In this document: in pieces, positions 38,212 through 49,329 of the stretch
How positions within the stretch are numbered: the stretch's first letter is position 1
Layout: each line of letters begins with the position of its first letter
NCBI RefSeq assembly: GCF_031769215.1
Contig: NW_026781913.1
Coordinates: 248,001 to 312,000, forward strand
Direction: 5' to 3'
Length of the DNA stretch: 64,000 bases
DNA from: Ylistrum balloti
Lineage: Eukaryota
The notes under the pieces: generated by a model
What the model was told of the DNA's origin: nothing
The model's database searches: none
The model's input: only the letters and a program-made list of their open reading frames with translations
Program-made: the position numbers and the translations under genes

Positions 38212-41200
38212 GTTAAGCCAACCATTGGAAAGGGCCGTACTGTCCGTATCCGGGTCTGACGTAATAGAGGGCGTGGTTTTCTTGGGAGTTTCATTTTCCA
38301 CTGGGCTGATGGCATTCTTCTTCTTCCATGGAGAACCCGTGACTGTAAAATAAAAACTAAAATATAATAACATTTTGACCAGCCTCTATGTGACTTCGGT
38401 TCTACTGTCGGCTGTGTTACACAATGTGATTATAAATCGGCACTTCATTTGATTAAGTTGTGGTAGAAATATTTCTTAGTTTCATGCTCCTATTAAAGAA
38501 AAACTCTTTTTGCAACTTATCATAAATGCGCGTAGCTTAGCGCATTCGTGACAAGTTAGCAAAGAGCTTATAATTAATTCATTAAATACGCTGCAGAAAC
38601 AAAAATATCACATTAATAAATGAAATTGATAATTCAGCGCAGAATTATTTCATACTTATCACTACGCATGACAGTTTACATGACATGACGTAACGTCATT
38701 CGCGCCATTTCAAGTCATTCAAAATTCCAAACGGAATCTATAGTGTATTTAAAATAACAGTCTCTCCTCGTAAATGCGTTATTTATTCATTGTTTGTGTA
38801 TATTGTAAGATATTGAATTCTTTTTATGTTGTAGTTTTTTTCCATCACCGAATGACAGTAATCAAAACATCAGATGAATGTGTAAACAGCTATTCCATTC
38901 ATACAAAAAAGTAGTTCCAACAGACCCGCAAGATGGCATATCAACATCGAATCCGACAATCATTATCAAGTTGGCGGAGCTAGATTTTTTTCGATCGATC
39001 TATCAAAAGAAAAAATCGTGCAAACAACGAAAAATTAATTATAGATAAACGAACCTCCTCCTCCGCCACCTCCACCTCCTCCGAACACTGTGAATGGGGG
39101 AGCGCCACCTCCGGGCGAGCTGTCCCCGGGGGAGCCATTTTCATTCTCCAACAGATGTCCTTTCCAAGCAGCCCCACCTGTGGGACCTCCGCCTATTTGA
39201 AATACAAAGATACAATGCAAACTATGGCAATACTACAAAAACACATCCCACAATCATTTACTTCAAAGTTCATGGAAATATGAACATTTTAATGAATAGA
39301 CAGAGACAAGACGAAAACGCCAGGACTGTATATCGAATTAAGTTGCTTGTCTAAATGTCAAGTAGGTTGATATCAAATAAGTTTATCGTCCAGTTTCATT
39401 CAATCCTAAATCTGAACTCAAAGTTATATCTGTTTACATGAAGTATACATAGACATTATTTGTGTTTTTAATCTGACTTACTTCCGCCCCCACAGTAACA
39501 AGCACCTGCCCCACCGCCGGGACCCCCAGTTGGCGAACACACCGGACAGCACGTAGCGAAGCACGTCCCACATGAAATACAGCACGGACAGTTCCTTAGT
39601 CTCGCGCATCTCCAAGGCAACCATCCAGGTCTACAGCAGCACCAGTAGAGGACACTGAGGCCGACTATGAGACCAACAACGATGTAGAGGGGAGTAAAAT
39701 CTGGGGGTGGAACAGGGGGCGCTGGGGTCGTCGTTGTTGGCTTTGGCTTTTTGGGTTCTGTAATCACATACAAGTGCGATGTATACATGTTCCCCCACAC
39801 GTGATATATAACAATTTTTATTACATAACACGCCGTATTTGATCTATATGAACTTTAATCAAATACTTTCTGATATTTCCATGAAAAAAACAGAGCTCAC
39901 TGTGACATCAAAAAGAACGTCACATGAAAATCCCCAGAAGACGTTGACTTCATCGTTATAATGTCATCTGGCTGCGGTAGGGGCAAGGAAGTTTGTTTTG
40001 TGTTACTAAGAGAGAATTAAAACAATTAAAACAAGATGTCTTAGTAACACATACCGGAATGTATTCAGTAAGGACTTCTAAACCATAGTTTGGCTAAACG
40101 TTATATGAAGTTCGTAAAAAAAGAAACCCTGCTGCGGCAAGTTTGTTTTAATATTTTTATGACATAAGTATGTAATAAAAGATATATATATTCACCATTA
40201 TCACTATACCACGAGAGAGAATGATATATCTGTTATCATGTTAACTGGTCATGTGATAAAGAAAATCACATACAAAGCGGTCACATGATGTCACAAAATT
40301 AGAAAAAAAAGTTAACGTCATTTAAATAACCAATCATAGTATCAATCTGTCCACAAAGTTTTCCTTAAGCGTTAACAGGATTTAATTTTTTTACGTTTCA
40401 TGTTGGTATAAAGAAAACCCATCGTGTAAACTGAATAAATACTATGATACTTTTATATCAAAGCTTATAATTAATTTCTTAGATAGGAGTCAAAAACAAA
40501 AATAAAACATGGCTGTATAAATTTGATAATTTACTGAGGGATTATTTTACTACAAATCACTACGCATAACAGCTGGCGTGACATGACGTGACGTCATTGA
40601 CAGCTAAATCGCGCCATTAACAGTCATTTAAAACTCTTTCATAAGTGGTCCCGTCACATTCCAAAATGAAATATGACAAAGTGTAAAATAACATTTTTCC
40701 CTGATAAATCTGTTATTTATTCATCATTTGTTGTTTATTAACATTGTAAACTATATGGATACTTTATTATGTTGTGGTCCGTTGGTGACGGCGATCCACA
40801 CACCCAGAGAATATAAACAGATAGTCTAATCATAAAAATGAAGATCAAATAGGCTCGCCGCAAGGTGGCGTGTTGCCATTGATTCCTCCAATCATTATCA
40901 TGTAGGTACATACAATAATGGTAGAGATGTCGTTATAATCACGTGTACATGTAAGTATATACAATAATGGTAGAGATGCTATAATTACGTGTACATGTAG
41001 ATATATACAATAATGGTAGAGATGTTATAATCACGTGTACATGTAGTTAATGAATACATTTACAACATTACCAACATGTTATCGTTTGATAATACCGGAG
41101 ACAAATAATTGTTATTAACACGCGTTTACAACAGCTGAGTTAAGACTTCAAAGATGACGTTTAAATTACATGACGTCATGCGCATCGTAACGTCAAGATA

Positions 41201-44200
41201 TTCGGATTATTATTTTTATTTTTTTATTTTTTTTTATTTATATTTATACTTGTCTGGTAATGATAATATGACTAACATATGTAACCGCGGTGGATTCACG
41301 TGCACATCGCATGTTATGAATACACACACGTATACCAATAAATGACAGCCATAACCATTATAATTACGATAATAAAAAAGGACGGGTTCAGATCTGTGTG
41401 AGGGCCAAGAGGAGGGACAGGGGAGGCTGTGGATGTAGTAACAGGCTTTTTGGTTTCTGTAATTATAAAATTGTGTCTTTTACCATGTGTACATATGTAT
41501 ATGTATTGTTACAGACTATATATACTTAAACGATAAAAATCAAAATCAGTCAGGCGCTGGTTGAACGAGATATAAGAGTGAACGGTTTGTTTTGTATTAG
41601 TTACATGTAAGGTTTACGGCAGACCACATATACTGATGCTTTCATTTTGGATTATATTCGGAAATATATATGTTATAGAGAGAACATCATTTCTGATGTA
41701 AATGGTTGGCTAAGTGATCAAATCGTGCTGCAGGAATAAATTTAGTAAATGTTTTCGGTAAAGAGTATTCTTCATAAAAAAACGTCATCTGCCATTAAAT
41801 CTAGTTTTAAGAGAGGATTACATGTATAATGACAACAGTTTAAGTTCCATGTCGTAAACAATAGTTTAAGTTCCATGTCGTAAACAATAATTTAAATTCC
41901 ATGTCGTAAACAATAGTTTAATTTCCATGTCGTAAAAAATAGCTGAACTTCTATGTCGTAAACAATAGTTTAACTTCCATGTCGTAAACACTAGTTTAAT
42001 TTCTATGTCGTAAACAATAGCTTAACTTCCATGTCGTAAACAATAGCTTAACTTCCATGTCGTAAAACTACTACTACAAGTCCATTTGAGAGTGGACCCA
42101 TTTGTCTTTTGCAGGCCATAAGAAGAGTAGATGACTTGTCGAGATTAAGACGTCCTCGCGTAACAAACCTTAAGTCTCGTCTTCTCGCGGCGAGAAGAAG
42201 AAATAACGATAATTTAGGTTTTCGGTTTTGATTCTCTTCTTTTCGCTGCACAAATCAGGCAGTTTAGTGCCAAGCGACAATGTATCGCAACTAGTCAACT
42301 CACCAACACTGTCACACCGACCAGATCGTTTGCGATAGCTGGAGTACATACATTTAATGAATAATAGTTTACCTACGAGACGTCAGTTACGTACTGACAA
42401 TGAGTGAAACAGCATCGAGGCGAACATTTTTCTGACATATGTGTTTTAGAAGAATGATGACTTTTACGTTTGATCGGTTCAGGATTTGGTGGATCTACTG
42501 TGTCAGTATAACGGACATCCACTATCAAAGACATCTAATGTTCTCCATTTCTGAGGGAGCATCGTCTCGCCTGATGTCATCGTCGGAAACCCTCGAGACT
42601 CTTCACGACTTCGTGGATTTTCGTCTTTTGTAGGAACTTAATTATCACAAATAAATATCGTTCAGACATGTGAGCCTCGATTTCACTCCGGTCCCAACTG
42701 CGAACACGTGTAAGATGAACTAGACAGAAGAATTCGCAATTTTCCTGGCATCCCTACCCAACCATCTTAATACACTCTCCTAGTTATCCAATGATCTCGT
42801 GACAGAATGGAATTACCTTATAAATTATATAGAACTTAGGTTTAGAACTGTTTCAACTGTTCAATGTGGACAAACTCAATAGAAGGCTGATTTCAAAATT
42901 AGTTTTATTTATCTTACTACACGCGAAGTATTATTTTGTTTCTAATCTGAATAAAAATAAGGCGTTTTCCAAAATATTATATATTGATCATTAAAAAGCA
43001 ACCTTTTTAATCAACCTGTCTATTCAACTTTGAGTTGCTTGATTATTTCAGTGTATATACAGTGGATGTGACCGAGAATATACATGTGCGCGCGTGTGAT
43101 CAGATTACGGTCTACAACTAAACAATGATTGGTATATCTCCTGAACAATGATTATACTTCACTGGCGAGTTAGGGAACACTTTCTGTTACTATCTATTAA
43201 CGCCAATGAGGATTTGTTGATGTAGATAAAATAAGTACTTACTTCCACAATTTCCGGGATACTTCTTGCTAACATCCGATGAATCTTTCGGGAAGAACTC
43301 GGTGAGACAGTTCTTGGAGTACCAGTAATCACATCGAAGAGAATCATCTAGACATCGCTTACTATCGTTACACATCATCACCACGCCTTCGACCGTTTCA
43401 TTACATGCTGAAAAAAGTAGAATCAACATAAACAGTTTGAAATGAATTAAAATATGATATGATCATACATTATTATCATCTCTTCGACGAGGAGTGATTT
43501 TGTCGATACAATGATTAAATATTTAGCTTCACACATCACTTTTTTTGTATCATTTTCTCCACAAATATATTTCGAAACATCTAAGTTGCTTTTACCGTAA
43601 CCAAAGGACGTAACGTCGAGCTTGAAGAAGACCTCAGGATAATCGAAATCGTCCACAGGCGTCGTTGCTTTTGGATCAAGCGTAGCGGAGGTGTCAGGTG
43701 GTAGTGTTGTCCCGTTGCCAAGGGCGGGGTTTCGGTAGTCAAGGTAGAAATAGAGAGTGATGTACTCCCCCTCCCACTCATAGGATGGCGCTACAGTGTC
43801 CACCCCACAGAGCGTGAAGAACTGGGTAGCGGCTGCCTTGTCTTTACCATTATACATCGTCACGTAGGCCTTCCCACAATCCTTCGCGGTCGTCGATCCG
43901 AGCCTCTTTTTCACCTTTGGGTCATGGATTAGAAATTCCCGCCAATAGATACCCATGTAGCGCTTTTCTGGTGGGAACACTCCTGGGGTCGCCGGCATAC
44001 CGCGCACGATCACGGTACATTCCAACAGCTGTCCTTTGAGCTGTTCCGCGATGTTGACCTTAGGTTTGGACTTCTCATTAAAAACTAGGTCCCTGTCAAA
44101 CTCAAGATATGCTCCAAAGTCAGGACCAAGCACGTGACCACAAGACTCCGTCACAAAATCTGAAGAAAATTCAAATACCCAATTTTCAACATTTTTTCAC

Positions 44201-44865
44201 ACATCTGTCCTCTTGGTTTCAGAAACAAAAAGTTAAAGATGTTTGCTGATTTTCCTACGAATATAAGAATTTTACAATCAAGCTATGCCATAGCCAAGAG
44301 TCTTAAGTCACATTGAAGTTAGATATACCACTCTCCTTGATGGTAATCATGTTATGCAAATCATTTAAACTTCAATTATTGAACTCGTTTGATAAAATCT
44401 ATAGTACTATTGGCGTGACACTCTTACAGAAATTTCTGTTTTTAAAGTTGGGCTTCACTGCCCATTACAACCCTGGTAGTTCCCGTAAGTAATAACACGT
44501 ATGTCATGACGCCGTACATAACACAAGTTGTTTCCTAAGTTTAACAGGGTAAATAAGCAGAAGACACTGACATTTTCGGCAAAATGATGTTATTGTGTAT
44601 GTAATGTTGCTTAAATTAGTATTTAAGAAGATTTGAAGTGCGGAGATTTTTTTTTCATTTCAAAACACGCGATGGATTTGATGAGTGAAAATATTCTTTG
44701 GAATTTTGGATCAGTCAAAACGCTATCGATTTGAGTTGACTTCAATCTCCAGTGTTGTCTGAACTTCTACAAAATGAAATGAAATGAATGTACTACATTA
44801 TATTTAGCATCCATAGATCCCTAGACTTTCCCAACATAGTTCAGTAAAATACTCACATCTTTCAT
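38170..44865 (-). CDS. Gene B: divergent CUB-LDLa-stalk-TM protein with Cys-rich and Gly-rich cytoplasmic tail (466 aa model)
   Basis: Exons 44865-44857 (MKD), 44534-44459 (signal-like; weak donor GTGAAG), 44159-43596 (CUB-like), 43407-43243 (6-Cys LDLa-like), 39757-39482 (Pro/Thr stalk, TM YIVVGLIVGLSVLYW, 14 Cys), 39192-39055 (Gly-rich), 38342-38170. Phases consistent, 1401 nt total. The first two exons are less certain. Confidence 0.85.
38560..38965. repeat. Dispersed repeat, copy 1 (diverged copy at ~40455-40900)
   Basis: Collinear shared blocks GCTTATAATTAATT, ACTACGCAT..TGACATGACGT.ACGTCATT, ATTTATTCAT, TTATGTTGT, TAAACAG, CCGCAAG.TGGC, CAATCATTATC. Confidence 0.7.
40455..40900. repeat. 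Dispersed repeat, copy 2
   Basis: Same blocks and orientation as 38560-38965. Confidence 0.7.
40900..41045. repeat. ~48-bp tandem repeat x3
   Basis: ACATGTA..TACAATAATGGTAGAGATG..TATAATCACGTGT repeated three times. Confidence 0.85.
41314..41456 (-). CDS. Duplicated stalk+TM exon of gene B ending in a stop (candidate alternative terminal exon)
   Basis: Acceptor ATTACAG|AAACCAAAAAGCC versus ATTACAG|AACCCAAAAAGCC for the main exon. Same phase; open to TAA: KTKKPVTTSTASPVPPLGPHTDLNPSFFIIVIIMVMAVIYWYTCVYS*. Confidence 0.65.
41833..42066. repeat. 26-bp minisatellite (~9 units) in a gene B intron
   Basis: Unit ATAGTTTAAGTTCCATGTCGTAAACA. Confidence 0.93.
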
Positions 44866-45590
44866 TTCTGCCGTCACTTAATGACACCTGGAGTAGAAAG
44901 AAAAGAAAATAAGAGAGAAGGAACTCCATGTTGCTTAATAGTCCTGATCCTGTATCTGTAGAACTCTATAGTGACGTCCAGCTCGTTGTTTTTGTGTATA
45001 AAACACCTGAGTTTGGTATATATGTAGGGGGTCAAATAGGAGGGGTTTGTCAGTTTTATATAGCTTCAGTTTAAACACGTGCAATTTACCAATACGTGCC
45101 AGTACAATTGTACAATTATCCAAAAATTATCATTAACGAGTTTATTTTTCGAAACTTCTTTTCTTGAGCTTCATTCATTTTCGAATTTATTTGATTTTTC
45201 TCCTTGTGATCCCCAAATGACAGACCCCATTTCTAGATTCACAACATCACGCCGCCGTAGCGAGGCGATTCGCCTGCCCCTATCAGGAATGTGCAATAAA
45301 AGGAAATGGCACGGTATAGGAGAGTTCGACACTAGTGCATATTCTTGGGAGCGTCCACTATGTGTATACAATACTAGAAACTACTAACAGTGGTGTTGTG
45401 AATATTGTTATACATCTTTCAATATGTATAGTCTTCTTAAAATACCACAAACGGCGATACAGCTTGTTTGAAGACAACAGTGACACATTTAAATGAAGGA
45501 TACCGTAAACAATCCTGCTGCTATGTCGCCGCGATCTGTTATAACCGCTGCCTTTACCCAATCCTACATTGTGTGTGGGCGGTTACTCAC

Positions 45591-46500
45591 CTTTCATAGA
45601 GTTATTCTGTTCGTGTGACTTGTAATAAAGTATATTTTGTAGAATTTCCACTTGGTTTTAGCTTTTTCTGCGATGAAATTGCCGAATTAGTGTCTTCTTG
45701 TCCATTAGTGTGAAGTTTTAATGAAATAACGATGACATATGAATTTTTCGTTGTTTGTAGTTATTTACAATAAACATTTTAGTCACACCTGACATCAAGC
45801 TTTTTTTTAATAGTCGGTATTTCCTGTTTTTGTTATCCTTAGCAACAAGTGACGAAGATTTAAAGAGCTGTGATACAGATGGAAACGTAAATATCGATCC
45901 GTTCGTACTGGGTATTGTAAACTAAACACATATTTCGCTGATGACTGACTTAAAAGGAAGATTTTCCTCGTGTACTTACTAAGAGAAAACATTTTCTATG
46001 TTATGCTCAAAATATGAGCTGTACGGAACCAGATTATTCATGCTCGTGTTAGATACAGAATATCAACAGGCATACATATAATAATTACTTTATACAATCT
46101 GTCGCTCAATGTAAAATTTTACATTTATCTAGAGTGTCCAACCATTTAATATGGCCGTATTTGTTATAAAATGGCATAACGTCAGTAGTTGTTTTGTTAA
46201 CAAGCACGTTACCATTGTTACTCATGTAAACGACAATCAGTAAGGACTGAGGGGACAGTAACTCACTCACGTCCACTACTCTGGGTGATATTTTCCAGTC
46301 TCATTTTGATTCCAGGAACAAATCGGAATGTAATGATAAAACACACAGATACATTTATATCTTCTTTAGATATATTTACATGTGTTTGCGAGAATGTTTG
46401 CTCTCCTCCAACCCCTTCGTCGCGGTTCAGGACCAGCCTGATGCGAGGTATTTGTCTGTCAACTTCTTTGGATCATGATACATACAAGTGCACAATCACT
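45591..46500 (-). other. Probable 5' UTR exons of gene B
   Basis: Strong minus-strand donors AG|GTGAGT at 45591 and AC|GTGAGT at 46271; acceptor CCAG at 44888 leads into the ATG exon. Confidence 0.45.
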
Positions 46501-46949
46501 TTAAAGATAATTTGTCTAACAAGTTAGTAGATTGTTAGTTACCAGTTTATCTGGTATATATTTCTTTTGCTTGTAGTGTTTGGAACATACATTTAGTAAA
46601 TAATAAATGGTTTATACAGCCAATAACCAACAAAGGACGTTCATTATTACCATCATGTCATTTATGCACACGAATGAAACGTGTACATGAATCAAAATTA
46701 AAGCCTGTACAGGGGTGTAGGGCACAATATATGATAGATCTTCGTCCTAGCCATAAAGGCGGTCACATAGTTAGTCCAAATCTCGCGTGACTTTGCATTA
46801 CCGCGCATCACACCTACTCTCAAAAGACGCAGTTTTTAATAACAAAGTATGTACAGTCACATCGTTCTTGGTTTATACTCAGTCTTATCTGTTGACAAAG
46901 ATAGTAGTATAGTTTATCAATCCAAAGGTACGCACATCGTAATCAAGAT

Positions 46950-49329
46950 ATGACGGTCACTTTTCTCGTCCGACTGGCCTGGATTGTCTGGTCATTCGGA
47001 TTGGTCGCCGGACACAAACACGCCAAACATTGGAAATCAGGTAGCTATGTTACGAAACAAAGCATGTTTGATATGAATTATATAAAAGGACAAATACGAG
47101 ATTCTATAGACGACTTGGAAATCACTTCATAAACAGGAAATCTTCATAACAAAGTAAAGTGTTCTGAAATATTTCGTCAATTGTGTTGAAAGGGAATTCA
47201 GTCTACAGACATTACCAGTGACAAACATCAAGCTTGTCAATAATAACATAATCATTTTTCGAATCACCGTATAGAGAAAAACCACTGCTAGAGCTTAACT
47301 CGTGGCAAATCCTCAGGAAGGTTTGTTTGGTCAGAGTCATATGAAACCGTCTTCACGAATAATGAGGCCACTGGTGGACGTTTTTATAGTGTCCTCACAC
47401 TGAAATGCCATAACATTTATATAGCAGAATCGTTGTGTGCTTCACAAAATAGAAGCTTCATTTGAAAATGGGATTTTCCACTATTTTTTTTACACTAGTC
47501 TGCCGAATATAGTGAAGGTGTGGCGACATACAATTAAACATCTTCATCGTTGTCCATGTTGCCAGTTTCAGTGTCTGTCTTGTGACCTCAAATTCATGCA
47601 AATCTTTTTGAAAAAAGGCAAATTAACTGTTAAGATTTGAAGCTGAACTATTGTTATTGGAGCACGACTTTGTCCGCTGGAGCTGGATTATTGATATTAT
47701 CTATGTCATGTCTCATTGAAAGTTCGGCCTAAATTGTTCCTGTGTCATCGAGAAAAGAAACTTTGTGATACTGACAAAATTAACGTTAATCTTACGTTGT
47801 TACAATTTAAATATGCTATTATGCATGGATCACGCAGTCAGAGTCTGTTGACAGTTTACATGCAATCTTTTACGACTAACAGACGAGCTCAAACCATAAT
47901 ACGTCCCGACTTTTGATTGGCATATTTGAAAGAAGCTTGAACGTCAGCCACCCCCTGGTATTTGAGACTTTGTATTATATGTAGCATGTATTATAAACCT
48001 CTCTAAATCTTACAGAGTTCCTGGAGGACCACTGCAGTCGTAAGATCAAACTACACTTGTTTCAGAGATTTGAATTGACACGTGATTTGTTCTACAAACA
48101 TGGATGGCACTGTGACGTCACACTGGAGGCACCAGCCCATCACGTGGTGGCGATTGCGTTTCAGAAGTTTGATATCGGTCGCTCGAAATCGGTAGTCTGT
48201 GAAGACGCCTTACGAATATATGACGGTAAGTAGAGTGTAGACAATAAGAAATTCAGTTCTGGTATGATTTTGGTGTGAAGGTTGAATGCTAGTCATGCTT
48301 TTAACTCTCCATATAGCGTCAATAATTGGTACCGGAAATTACATTTTTCGTGTCGGAGTACGTCTCCATCTTTATAGTTACACTTAATAACATTTTATGT
48401 GTTTCTAAATGTGTACTGTTTGTTTTCAGGTGATAGTATAAGATCGTCAACAAACAAAGGCCTTTGTGGTCAGATGATACCGCAACATGTCATGTCCAGT
48501 AGTAACACACTGACCCTCAAATTCAAAAGCCGGTACATCACGACTGGTGCAGGTTTCACTATAGACGTCACAACACTTGGAGGTACAGTTCTGGGATTGA
48601 ACAACAGGGTTCCGGGAACTGTGGTCAGGAAATCACTGTCCGTTCTTTTCTGATGTTAGAAAATGATACAAAACCGTCAGGGGTTTAATCAGAATGACGA
48701 ATGATATAATCGACAAATGAGTTGTAATTCTAGTTGTAGTTTTTCTTATAACATGACGTTGACTTTAATTTCTTCAAAATCATTCTTTTCGTTGAGGAAG
48801 CTGAATCCGTACCTCGGAAATTAGTGAAACACTGGGCGATGAAGGAATTTTTCAGGCCAAGTTACGATTTTAAGCTGTTATCTGTTCCAGTTGCTGAAAA
48901 CGATAGTGATTCCAATCCAGATTCCAGTTCATGTCCAGACAACAGTTTCCGGTGCATGGAAACGTTTTGTCTTGACCGAACTTTGGTATGTGACGGTGTA
49001 CCAAACTGCCGCGACAAATCAGACGAGTCTGCAAACAGCGCAGGCTGTGCAGGTAAGCTATCGCCTAGCAATGCTCTATATCAGTTTTTGTTAATTGTGT
49101 TCAACACAACAGATTAACATAAGGAGCTGTTTGATGTGCCGAGGTATTTACTTTTTATTTTTCAGGGTTGGGAGCTAGTTGGATCGACTTGAGCGTCGGA
49201 GCGAGAGTAGCCATATTTTTTGTCGTTTCCTTTCTCCTTATCGGAATGTGTGTAATGATTATATACTGTTTGTGTTGTCCAGCGTCAGCCAAACCTGTGG
49301 CCGCTTATCTATCCTACAAAAAGATTTAG
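46950..49329 (+). CDS. Gene C: signal peptide-CUB-LDLa-TM protein with short tail (259 aa)
   Basis: Exons 46950-47040 (MTVTFLVRLAWIVWSFGLVAG...), 48016-48225 (EFLEDHC..CDVTL..FQKFDI..CEDALRIYD), 48430-48582 (LCGQMIP..SSSNTLTLKFKS..GAGFTI), 48891-49052 (LDLa CPDNSFRCMETFCLDRTLVCDGVPNCRDKSDE), 49166-49329 (TM VAIFFVVSFLLIGMCVMIIY, CLCC, ends SYKKI*). All phase 1, 780 nt total. Confidence 0.92.
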
